Part shown: piece after piece, positions 29,162 to 41,905 of the stretch | How the letters are laid out: every line of letters starts with the position of its first letter | Numbering within the stretch: the stretch's first letter is position 1 | From: Adineta vaga | Taxonomy: Eukaryota; Animalia; Rotifera | Assembly: GCA_021613535.1 (NCBI GenBank) | Contig: CP075496.1 | Coordinates: 5,332,001-5,396,000 of the forward strand | Length of the DNA: 64,000 nucleotides | Reading direction: 5' to 3' | Translations under genes and position numbers: made by a program | Notes under the pieces: generated by a model | What the model saw: only the letters and a program-made list of their open reading frames with translations | Database searches by the model: none | Told to the model about the DNA's origin: nothing

Positions 29162-29411
29162 ACCTCTTATAGTCGAAATTTTTCGATTGATAGAGGCCAC
29201 TACTTGTCAACAGCATAAAATCGACAGTTTTCTTGTTTCATTCAGAATTATATATGACGAACATAATTCATGTTTTGATTTATGAACAAAAGTGATATGT
29301 AATTATTCAATTTCGTTCATCCTCTCGCTCTTTATTGTTCTTTATTTTCTTTTGCTTATAAAAAAATTGCACAAAACAACACAATTGCTTTCTAAGAGTT
29401 TGTTCTTTTTA

Positions 29412-31804
29412 TTATTTGCTACGAAGACCAAGTTTAACTGCTATCGATGATAAAGCCGCTAAGAGTAATCGAAAGAGAACGAGAAATATTCCACGAAGTT
29501 TGAATGATTTAAAAAAGACTAGTTTAATAACCACAGCTATTGTTGTAAAATAGAGAATATTTTGTATACGTTTCAACCTAGAAAAAAAACGAAAGATATT
29601 GTATAAATTTATGAGATGTTGATTGTTTGAGAATTGTCAATCTTAAATACCTCAAATATCTAGCACGACATTTAGCTGTTCGTGCAAGATCTTCTCGAAG
29701 TAAGAATTGTTTTGCACCGGTACAATAGTGACGCCAATATTGAAACCAATCAAGTTCTTTAAGATCGAAATTGAACATCTATTTCAAGAAGATCATGTTT
29801 CGATAAAAGAAATAGATCAAAGGCATTTTTTACTTTCTGATCGACATCGTTCATTTCATTTTGAAGAAGAACACTATTATCATTCGGAAATATCCATGAA
29901 TTAGAAGTGAAAAAATCTAATGTTCGAACGCTTTTATAAATCTTATCGGATAGTTTTAAAAACCTAAAAGTATTGAAATAAAACATTAGATTGTTGAATA
30001 AAGATTATTTACATTGGTTTACGACCAATTAAACGCATGTAACAGTCAAGAAAAAATGCTGGAACAACTTCTTGTAAAGTTCGAAGAAAATGATAACGAA
30101 ATCTAATTAATCAAAAAACAGAAAAATATCAAATCTATATCGTTCGATTTTCATCTACATACCGATTTTCAGTGAATTGTAAATGTGGATACCAGATGGC
30201 ATCTTCCAAACTGATGTTATACAGATGATGTAAACCATATTCCGTTACTTTACCCCATGTTAATGTACCCAAATGACCAGTACAACAGTGATAAACCGGG
30301 ATATTTTTTGGACTAAAATAAAAGTTTAAAAGAATATCAATGCTTATGTTTTTGATAATAATATAATCGTCTATAGAAGAATCTATATTTTCAGATCTAT
30401 TCAATAGAATGAATGATGATAAACTATGTTGTGTTTAGATCTTTATTTCGATATCAATATTGTCTGTTCTTGTTGATAAAATTCGCAGTTAATACGTACT
30501 GTTTTATAGCTGTATTCCATGCAATTGCAATCATCATGTTGACACATACATCAACCGGAACAATATCAGCTATTGCTGAATTACTACCAAGCATAGCTCG
30601 AAGCATACCTTTGCCGGTCTAAAATAAACAAAGAAAAATTTTTTTCCTCTCAGTTCAATTCGTATATCAATATAACATACGGCAACAACTAATCCACTTG
30701 GTCCATTGTAATTATCAATCCAACCCTAAACGATAAGATTATGAAAATACGATATCTTCATTTTGCTTTTCAAAATTTTACTGGTATTGGTTCACGCCAT
30801 GACGATCCAACAATCGAAGGACGTATAATTGCCAATGGTAGATCTCGCGCTTCTTGTGAAATAACATATTCAGCCAGTGCTTTTGTGAATGTATATGTAT
30901 TAGGTCGATCACTAATAATTTTGTTCGTCAAAACATCAAATACTTGATCATCCATCCATTCACTAGCATCTAATAATTTTGCTGGTTGAATTGGCGGTGG
31001 ATAAATCATTTCAGCAACATCATTACGATTACAATTCGCATACGCTGTAGATACATGAACGACTGACTGAAAAGAACTAAACATTTTATGAAATAATACA
31101 CTAGTCTTGTTTACTTGTAATTTTTTCATTTTATGACAAAGAACAAGTAATTTCTTTATTGATGCAACATTCATTTGTATAGCAAGTCTAAAAAGAAATG
31201 AATACTCGTTTTTGTAAATAATTTCTTATTTTTGTTTTTTCATGATAGTTCTACCGAAGTGGTTCATGAAAACGAACAGTTGCTGCTGAATGAAATACAA
31301 TATGACATTGTTCAATTAACAATGTTTCATCAGCTGCACTAAGACCAAAATTTGGATCGAGAATATCACCTTGAACAGCAGATATTTTCTCCTCAAAAGT
31401 AGGATACATTTCTCGGACAGTATTGAATAACTAAACCGAAGATAGATAGATAGATAGAATAATATTCTTTCTCTTTTTCTCGATCACTTACAGGACATGC
31501 AAATAAATCTTTCAATCGATCATTAACAGCATGACCACGTTTAGGTCGAACAAGTAGATAGATATGTTCGATTTCTAAAAATGATACAATTACCTCAAGA
31601 GATGATACCATAATATGATTTTAGTTACCAGGACATGATCGAATAAGTTTTTCTACGAGTTGTTTTCCAATAAATCTGAATAAATGGTATAAATATCAAC
31701 GAAAACTCAAACTCTTTTTCCTCTTACCCTGTTGCACCAGTAATAAAAATTGATTTTCTTTTAAGAAAATCTGTTATTGCACTGGCTTCTGTACTTGCTG
31801 ACAT
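29412..31804 (-). CDS. FAR1: Fatty acyl-CoA reductase (FAR1/2 family)
   Basis: [67 protein letters not shown], a Sterile domain and a C-terminal TM helix. Confidence 0.93.
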
Positions 31805-32473
31805 AGTCAATCAATCTAAATAATTCAAAGAAATGATAATGTATTACATATGATGATTGTTGATGCTATTTTTTTATTGAATTTGTTTTCTTTTCATCAA
31901 TGGATACAAATACGACATACGTAAATTCTTTCACATAAACACCAAAAAAAAGAAGAAGAAGAAGAATTCCACTATAGAATACAAACGTACTATCACAAAC
32001 AGAAACTGAGATCAACATCAATCCAATAGACGCCCTTGAATATGAGCGTGTTGTTTGATAGAGACAATATCAGAATTAGATCACAAGATGTGAAAGACAT
32101 CAACGTTCAATGAGTTGAAATTTTAAAGGAAACGAAAAGACACAACAAGAAAAGTTCTCGATTGAGTTAGTTAATATATATATATATATGCATATCGAAC
32201 ACAAAGAATAATACGTTTGAAAAGAAGGAATTACAATACAAAAAGAAATCATGAACAAATAAGAGTATGAATGTACTTAAACAAAAGAAAAGAAATGAAA
32301 AGAAGAGAGTTTGTCCTCTAGATTATTAAAAGATAACAAAAATCACGTTTAGAAATGTTGTTCTTTATTTTTGTCTAAATTTATAAAAACAGATTTTTGA
32401 AAATCAAAGAGTATTGACACTTACGAATAGTTATTGTTAAAGATAAAGAATATTTTATATTAATAATAATAAT

Positions 32474-33712
32474 TATCTATAAATTAATCAAAAACAAAAC
32501 AACGATATTTGTCTTTGATATTTTCATTGGTTAGATTTCTTACCGTCGACTATATCTGGCACTTGTTGAAGGTGGTGTAAGACGTGTTCCACGATCTCGA
32601 TAACGACGTTCATATCCATTGGATCGCTCTGATGGTGGATAATGACTACCTGGATAATCATCATGTCGTCGAGAGAATGATGGATACACTGGCATACCAT
32701 GACGAAAATAAGCTGGTGCTGGTAATCCTCCCGGTGAATGTGCTGAACGTGACCTAAAGTTCCACATGAACCATTTCCAAATCCATTATAAATTAATTTA
32801 AAGATATATCTCTTTTTCCATTAGTAAATTTCATCCAAGAGAAGAACCAATTTCCAAAGAAAACTTCTTAAATATCTTTTTCTCTTTTCTATTAGCTATT
32901 CTATTAAGTCTATCTCCAAAATTTTGTTTGCATGTTATACATCCCAAAAGATATTATTCATGAACACCAAGCATACACATATGTATATGTATATAAAGAT
33001 GTGAAAAACCATTTTATAAGGTCATCCTATCATGCAATATTAGTAACCATCCATACCTCGAACGACGATTGTATTTGGGAGGTGGTGATCGTCGATTATA
33101 GTCATCACCACGACGACGTGATGAACGTTCATCATTATTACTTGAACCATCACAATTGCGACTATGAGAAATAAGATTATACATATACCATAATCGTCAT
33201 ATTTACATTCTTACCCAAAATGTCCACGTTGTCCACATTTGAAACATTTCATATTGGGATCAAAACGTCGAGAACGATGACGTGCTCGTGGTCGAGCCCA
33301 AGTTACTCGTACACGAGCATTTCCAAATGATCTTAATCCAATAATAATAATAATTGTATACAGTTTCTCTTCGTACGTATAAATCTATATTTCATATAGC
33401 ATACCTTCCATCCATTTGATCGATAGCATTTTGTGCTTCTTCTTTCTGTTTATAAGTAACAAAGGCAAAACATGATGCGCTAGCAGCCCAAACATCAACT
33501 AATGTTCCGAAACGTTGAAAGACTTTTCGTATTTCACTTTCTGTTGCACCTTTTGGTAATTCAGCAACATGAACACGATATTCAACTGGTCGATCACCTC
33601 GACTATCAAATTCTGATGATGGTGAACCAGATCGTCGTGATGATGGTGTTGCGCTACGGGATCGAGAGTGTGATCGTGATCGTGATCGTGATCGTGATCG
33701 TGATCGAGGCAT
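32474..33712 (-). CDS. SRSF7/9G8-like SR protein (RS-RRM-CCHC zinc knuckle-RS), paralog A
   Basis: N-terminal RS repeats, RRM (RVHVAELP...FAFVTY...MDGR|SFGNARVRVTWARPR) and zinc knuckle CFKCGQRGHFGRNC. The last exon is uncertain (stop at ~32474 or ~32365). Confidence 0.85.
33668..33707. repeat. (CGATCA)n hexamer repeat encoding RS dipeptides
   Basis: Tandem TGATCG units on the + strand encode RSRSRSRSRSRS on the - strand. Confidence 0.9.
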
Positions 33713-34010
33713 AGTTTTAGCAGAAGAAGGACAAAAGAAACAAATTCAATCAAATACTAAAATAAAACAATAGATAATTGATCATGATTAAATTGTATTG
33801 TTTTATCGAACAGAGGCAATCATAGAACAAAAGCACAAAGTCGAAATGAAAAGTATAAAATAACAACAACAACGACAACAAGCATAAATCAAAACAAGAA
33901 ACACACAGAACAACATTAAGAACGCTAAGCGATCAATATTAGGAAATAGATTAAAATACAATGTCTTAGGTTTTTTCTTTTGTTCAACTAAATATATCGT
34001 TCAATTGTGG

Positions 34011-35259
34011 TTATATTCGAGGTGGACTAAAGTAAAAATGAATTTCTTAGTTAAGAACTAATATTATATTATTAGGTGAATGATTAGACATATGATTTCT
34101 TCCTCATATGAAGAAATCAGTTTGTCAAAATAAAACACTGATATTTACCTTGAATAATAACCAGATCCATTCTCACGTGATTTATAATTCGATCTTGGTG
34201 GCGAACGTCGAGGGCTAAATAATAGATTAAATGAATATATGATTCTATATGAAATATTTCACTACCTATAACGACGATTATCTCGGATAGCACGTGGACG
34301 AGGTGAACGAGAACTGAAATAACACATACCAGTATATTATCTACATCGAATTATGTTTATATTTTACATACCGAGATCGAGAATACGATCGTTCACGTCG
34401 ATGTTCACGTGAGCGAGATCTAGATAAGATGAAGTGATTAGTTTTTGAAATATTATTTCTCACAGAATACTCAATATTTTCATTTCTATTCATGGAAAAA
34501 AGAGTGTTTCTCAACAATTTACCTTGATTTCTTGTCTAATTCGAAACCAGACCATATCTCATCTTAAACGTTTCTCCCATTCAAGACCATATTGATGATC
34601 CCAGTATGATTTTTACGTATATATATATATATATTATTTCTCTCCAAAGCATTGTTTTTGGCCACTCCATCAATAAAAAAACTCACCGATATCCATTGCT
34701 AGATCTCTTTGTATTTCGTTGTTCTTTGCCACAATCACGACTAAAATGACCTCGATCACCACATTGATAACATCGTCTAATATAATAAACGATAGTTTAG
34801 TAGAAAACAAATCTTCTTAGTTTTACTTATTCGGATCAAAATATCTTCGACCATTACCACCGCTTGCACGAATACGTGGTCGAGCTAAACTAACATGAAC
34901 ACGTGCATCACCAATAAATCTAAATAAATCATAGATGTCTAAAAATATCAAATAAGAATAACAATCTTTTACCGTCCATCGAGCTCATCAATAGCTTGTC
35001 GAACATCTTCCCGATTACGTAGAACAACAAAAGCAAAATGTGATGCTTGTGCATGCCAAACTTCAACTAAAGGCCATTTTTCAAAGGCTTTTTCTAACTG
35101 ACGTTTTGAACAATTCGACGAAAGATCAGCAACATGTAAACGACAATTATTAGCTTCATCATCTTCTTGATCATTATTGTCATGAATCGGTGAACGTGAA
35201 CGACGATAAGACGAATTATTTGGTGAATTTGAACGAGAACGAGAATATGAACGTGGCAT
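34011..35259 (-). CDS. SRSF7/9G8-like SR protein, paralog B
   Basis: MPRSYSRSRS..., RRM (RLHVADLS...FAFVVL...LDGR|FIGDARVHVSLARPR), zinc knuckle CYQCGDRGHFSRDC and short RS exons. Probable end SPPRI* at 34011. Confidence 0.85.
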
Positions 35260-36309
35260 GTTGGAATTTTCTACCGACCTAGCAGATAGATAAACTATCA
35301 ACACTTCAAATGACAAAAAAATATTGACGTGTAATACAAAGATGTTTATTTTTTCTTTGAGAGAAGGATTGACAAAATAAACTTTTTCTTTCTATTGGCT
35401 GATTCGATATTTATCATATAGAGCGACAGTTGATGTAGTAAAGATTTTGTCTTTTTTTTGATAAACCAATTTTTGTCAGTGTAATTACGACTATTCGATT
35501 CGATTGAATCGATGAATGATAAATACGAAACATTAGTTGATAGATGACGCTAGTGTATATCCAACAAGTATTTTTTTCCCATACTGGACAACAAATATGT
35601 ATTCTTTGTAATAACAGTACTTTTACACGTACATTTCATTGATAAGACAACATTTTGTATAGATAACAAAGTTGATGAGTAAACACAGGAATATTTTTCA
35701 GTTAGTGAACTTTGATCTATATCCATCCTCAAGATAAACTCGCTTACATCTCATGAATAATAATATAGATAGTGATCTGAGGATTGATAATTGAGCTTTT
35801 TCAACTCATAAAGTCCTAATAGATATATTTCTAAATAGAAACTTAAGTTTTCCTTCTAGAAAATATCTCTCTTTACTTCTCTCACTGTCTACGGGTGTGA
35901 CCGTTTCGAAATGTTTTCTAATTGAATCAAATGACTTTTTATTGTTAGCAGGTTTTCTTTCAAATTAAAATTTACGATCATTTTTACACAAATCTAAATA
36001 AATACAAAAGTAAGTTGGAAAAAAGTCGATGCTTTATTTATCATTTTTGAGACTAAAATTATATTCTGTTTTCTTTTTCTTCGCTCTCTGTAGAACGGAA
36101 TAAAAGAAGAGCAAATAAATATGTTGTGTTCTCTACTACCTTTCATACACTTGGTTTTTTCCTTTTTTTCTTTCAGGCATATAGAAAAAATAAAGCAAGA
36201 AAAAAGAAAACATCGCATTTCAACGCATATAAACCCAACGATAAGGCAACATAACTCATCGTTGTATATTTTTTTCTCGTAAAAACTTCGCAGAAAAGAA
36301 ACTACAGTT

Positions 36310-37146
36310 ATGCATAATCAATCGAATCCACCAAGACCCAGTGGTCCTCAACATAATTTACAATCCGAACGAATGCCATCGAATCTCATGTCACCATCTC
36401 AATTAGCTCAATTCACAAATGCAAACGCTAATGGCTATTTACCACGTCCACAAATGTCTGCAACAGCATACGCTACACAACATGTAGCTACTTCCAATAC
36501 TGCGCCTCCACAAACTATTACAACAACGTCAGCTCCCGAGCAATTAGTTATTGCTTATCTCAAAGAATTAGATGGACGAACTTCAATACAACCACCACAA
36601 GCACAACCGATTGATTTAGAAAAATTCAAAGGTTTCAAATTCGTTACACTTGATGGTTTAGTTGTTGCAACACGTGATATTTATGATAAAGTTAGTGGTA
36701 CGTTTAAATGGGAAATGTGTGAAAGTCAAACAGAGCGTTGTGTGAAATATATTCAAGATGAGTGCGCTAATAAACGTGTATTTTTTATTACGTCTGGTTC
36801 ATTAGGCAGAGATATTGTACCTAAAATGCATGATTTACCACAAGTTTACGCAATTTATGTATACTGTGCAGATCTTAAATTTCATTTAACATGGGCACGT
36901 TCATATAGTAAAGTACGCGTGATCTGTAATGATGATGATCGATATTTAGTACCACAACTTGCTGTCGATGTTGCCCAAGCAAATGTTGATTGGGGTAATG
37001 CACATTTTCAAAAAGGTAATCGTGAAGATGCTAAAAAGAAATATAGCAAAGCATTGGAAAATTTAAATGTAGATCTTAAATCTACTATAAAACCTGATCA
37101 AGCTATGATTAATGAAGTGAAAAATAAATTGGATCAATGTAAATGA
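36310..37146 (+). CDS. Intronless protein with receiver-like alpha/beta domain and one C-terminal TPR-like helix pair
   Basis: 278-aa ORF. CVKYIQ...VFFITSGSLGRDIVPKMHDLPQVYAIYVYC...WARSYSKVRVIC is the module I recall from bdelloid TPR/ART proteins. WGNAHFQKGNREDAKKKYSKAL is TPR-like. Confidence 0.8.
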   Translation: MHNQSNPPRPSGPQHNLQSERMPSNLMSPSQLAQFTNANANGYLPRPQMSATAYATQHVATSNTAPPQTITTTSAPEQLVIAYLKELDGRTSIQPPQAQPIDLEKFKGFKFVTLDGLVVATRDIYDKVSGTFKWEMCESQTERCVKYIQDECANKRVFFITSGSLGRDIVPKMHDLPQVYAIYVYCADLKFHLTWARSYSKVRVICNDDDRYLVPQLAVDVAQANVDWGNAHFQKGNREDAKKKYSKALENLNVDLKSTIKPDQAMINEVKNKLDQCK

Positions 37147-38016
37147 ACAAATTATTTTCATAAACTATTCTTTTGTGTCATATTAAGAAATTTTACCACA
37201 ACTATTCTGTTTTTTTTTCTCGTTTTCTCTATAAAATATACGACAAACAGTAGATGTTTTTCAAGCCTTGTGGATCATTTTGTTCGAATAAGAAATCTGT
37301 TATATCAACTACCAAACTTAATGAATACGTCACTATAACTTCCTTTCAGCAATCATATAAAATCATATTTCAAATATATTGAAGATCATCGAAAATATAT
37401 ACAATGTGTTTATCTTCCTTGAATCGATTTCTTAAAGAAAAAAAACAACAACATAATTACAAAGTTCACATCTTTTTCTTTTTTTTGTCTGTTTGTCATC
37501 ATCTAAATGCTCGTATGAAATATTTATAATGGAACACGAGCTCATCATCACACATACGCACACGCACGCACAAGTGCATGTAAAAAAACCGAGAGAAAGA
37601 AAGTCAGACACTCACTCACACACATACATATCACTGCTTTGACGTTTTTTTTTCGAGAAAAGAAAAAGAAATGAAGAAGAAAGAAGGAAAAAAGAGAAGG
37701 AGTCCAACATAGACAGAAGTAAATAGAGAAAAAACAAGAGAAGAAAAATACACATGTGCAAGAAGATGAACAGAGAAAAAAGATTAACATAAGTTTTTTT
37801 TTCTTTTTCTTCTATGAGATCGTCGTTGATAGGAAGAATGATGATGATGGTGATGATGATGACGATGATGGTAGTATGAAAACAACAACAGATAACAACA
37901 ATACGAGTATTTGGCGTTTTGTATAAACGAACAAAAAAGAGAAGCGAAAGAAAGAAAGAAACAACAACACATTGACCTAACGTTAAATCGTAGTTCATTC
38001 GAATTGTTTTCTTTTT

Positions 38017-41000
38017 CTATTTACGCAGATCGAGTACACACACCTAAACACATCATCAGAGAATAATATTTTTTCATTTCTTTTATCATCAAATTAAACT
38101 TACTGTTCCGTCGGAAGCACTTGCACCGACTCTGGTACCTCGACTGTTCCAGCAAACTTCAAAAATGCCACCTGTACCTCGATAACTGTGTACAATTTCT
38201 GCACGCTAAAGAAAAATAGACAAAAAAAACATTATTAGAATTAAAACGAATTATTCGTTTAAAAATTATGTACTGCTATATCCCAAATATATATTGTTTT
38301 ATCAAATGAACCAGTTGCTAACAGACGACCATCAGGACTGAATGATACGGAATAAACTGGTTCTGAATGTTTCACAAGTGTATTCTGACAAATACCACGT
38401 TCAACATCCCATAAACGTACAGTCGAATCGAATGATGCACTATAATAAAAGAATGAAATTATTTCTTCTAACTATATCTTTGTGATCATTATTATTTGAT
38501 TCTACAAACCTTGCTAGAAGTAATGTAGCATTTGGATTCATAGTTCCTGGACCAGTTGGACTCCATTTAATTGTATAAATTTCTTTATTATGTGCTTGTA
38601 AATTATGAACAGGTGTGTCTTTTGTCATACTCCAAATCTAAATCAAATGAAATGATTATTGATTAAGAGAAAATAACATCTCTTTCGTATTTCTATTTAC
38701 TTTTAATGTCATATCATCTGAACATGATGCTAATAAGCGTCCTTGTGGATCCCATTTGATTGCATTGACTTCATTTTGATGTCCATGGAATGTTTTAATA
38801 GGTCGTGCTTCACCCAAACGACAAACATGTATCTTTTGATCTGTTGAACAAGATGCAAATGTTGTATCTGATTGCCAATCAACATCCAATGCAGGTGCCG
38901 TATGATATGAAAATTGTTGTTCACAATGACCAGAATTAGCATCCCAAATAATGGTTGTTCGATCAACACCAGCGGATAAGATATAATTACCTTTCTTATT
39001 CCATTTTAATGCAAATATTGGTCCTTTATGTTGACCAAGTGTACTAACTAAATTTCCGTCTGATGACCATATACGTGCATAACCATCATAACTACCCGTT
39101 GCTAACTGTGTACCAGATGGCTAGAAGAAAAGAACAGTTTAATAGAAAAAAAGAGAAAATTCACTATTTCAATAACTTACATTCCAATCTAAACTAGTAA
39201 CGTCTTTATTACTTGGAACTTGTGTATCACCACGTCGTATACAATGTCGTAAGACAATTTCAGGTTCGCGTGCACCTTGTAAATTCCATATACGTGCTGT
39301 TGAATCACCTGAACCAGATGCTAATAAGTCATGTGTAGGATTCCATGCACATATGAAGACTTCCGATTCATGACCACGTAAAACGGTAACTCGATTAGCT
39401 GGAATTTCAATAGAACCATTGACAATTAAACCATTATTATTATTGTTATTATTATTTGATGAACCGGTTTGGACGGATGAAGAATTAGGTGTTGGATTTC
39501 GTGCATAATGTGGATGATGATGAGGATGATGATGACTACTATTACTTGTATCATAATCCATTGGTTCATGTTTGGGAACTAAGAAGACGAGAGAAAAAAA
39601 CTTCATATGTTTTTTCTTTCTTTCTAACAGGAAATTCATCAAACCTGCTATATGATTCGAATTATTCGTGTAGGATGAATGAGAATTATTTTCATTTCCA
39701 TTTGACATTTGAGCATAATTACCTGTTGTTGAAGATTGAAGTGAAGTGGGATGTGATGATGACGATGATGAATGATAATGATGTGATTGACTGGTCGCTG
39801 ATGTATTTGAATGTCCTAGAAAATGAAAATTTTGTCTAGAAGATATATAAAAAAAGAGACAAGAAAATACCATAGTTAATTCCACCATTAGATGTTGATG
39901 ATGTATCCATATTACGATCAGATAAAGTCAGATTTGTTGATTGTGGTGATGTATTTGTTGGATGATGTATTGATGAAATATCTTTATCATTAGTATTTGA
40001 TAAATTTGACGGTGTTGCTGCAGTAGTTCTTGAAGATAGTTTTGTATCATTTTTTACAGATGTTCCTGATAATGAAGACGATGATTGTTGCTGTTGCTGC
40101 TGTTGTTGTTGTTGCTGTTGTTGTTGAAGTTCTTTACGACGATTTTCGACAATCTCAGGAACGACAGCATCGATTAAACTTAAACTATCGCATGTTCGTT
40201 CTTGACCATCCTGTGAATAAAAAAACCAAATGTACATTTTACATATTCAAATATACACATCTATCATTTAAAAACATAAAACACTATCAAAATTACATGT
40301 TCATTGATGTAAAATAGAAGAAATTAGAGCTCGTAGATTTATTCAGTAGTTTCTTTTTTGAACTAAAAGATCTTCATTAACAATTACATAGCCACGATAT
40401 GAACTTTATATACATAATTTATTCAAACTACTTTTATTTCTTTCAATCAAATTACTAATTTTAGATCTAGTAAAAATATATAGTTGTCTATCATTTGAAT
40501 TCTTGTAATAATTAGTATCTGTTCAGTCGAATGCATTTTCCATTGAATTAATTCTTTGCTTGACATTGTGATAGACATGACTTTTCATCGTCTGATATAT
40601 TTTGAAGAAACTAACAAACTAAAGGATTCTACCGAGAACTATTTTTGTAGATAATTTGTAAATATTATATTTCAATTTAAACGCAGTCAAAACTAAATAA
40701 AATCTATTCAACTTACATCACCAATAGATAATTCAGCTTCGGTATAATATAAACCTTTTTGAATAAGGGAGAGAAGTGCACCTGGTGGTACAATATTAGC
40801 ATTAATGGATGTTTGAACAATGTGACTTTCAAGACCAAATAAATAAGATGAATGAACAAACCCTAAATAATTAATACATATAAATGTTATCAATTTTAAC
40901 ATGATAAAAAAAAGGAATATTTCTTTATTTTGAAACGTTATCACATGCATTTATTTTTATGCATACAGATACATATCAAGCATATTTTCATCGATGATTA

Positions 41001-41270
41001 TCATTCGAATGCTATTGAATATTTATTACATACATATTTTTTATTTTTTTTCTCTTTCTTTTTCTTATCAGTAAATAATAGGTGTTATTTTCTCAGAACT
41101 ATGTAGGTGTTATATAAAACTATGACATAGTTGCATCTAAAATATAATCAACAAATTGTCACTGATAGTTTAACTATTTCAATCAAGGGTATTTGTTTGT
41201 TCGTCATATGACCTCAATTTCTTTTTATTCTTTAAGCAGAAAGCACTTGCTTTATCGAGGGAAGAGGGCG

Positions 41271-41302
<32 letters not shown>

Positions 41303-41905
41303 TAGACGATGGTAAATGAAGAAAAGAGAGGGAAAAAAATCCAATTTATATGCAAGAATACACAGCTGGAGACCGTAGATGACAACAACAAAGGAAGATG
41401 AAAAAGAAGAAATTCAATCAACCAAATATAGAGATCCATACACGCAAATAAAGGCCTATTAATATACTGACATCATTTTATCTAGAGGTCAATAGACGAT
41501 TTCGACAGTAGTGTTTCTTAAAAATGTTTCTACTAGAAATCTATTTGTATGTATAGACATAAATTTTATGAAAAGTAATGCATCAAGGATAAACGATGTA
41601 TAAATATAAGTATTGAAAAAATAATCAATTCGTTCTTATGACATCATTACATAAAAAAAACCTTTTCCTTTTTATTTTTAACATGGTTACCTTTATGAAT
41701 AAACACACTTATCTTTGAAGAGCTTTATTTATTTATTCTTTTACTTCATTTACTAACTATTAAGCTTATCATAGATTTGATAAAAAAAGTACGACAAAAG
41801 GTCAGGAAAAACAACATTAAAATATTTTCAAAAAGAGCCAAACATACCTGATTCAGATAAATATCGATAGATAAGGTAATTGACTTCGTCTGATGTAAAA
41901 CTCAT
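38017..41905 (-). CDS. TBL1XR1: Transducin beta-like 1 / ebi corepressor subunit (LisH + WD40)
   Basis: [20 protein letters not shown]|[12 protein letters not shown]...[20 protein letters not shown]...[15 protein letters not shown]...[13 protein letters not shown]...VCVLDLRK*. Confidence 0.95.

Noticed and set aside
37540-38000. Overlapping minus-strand ORFs with poly-H/poly-I
   Set aside because: They lie in the TBL1 3'UTR and arise from microsatellites.
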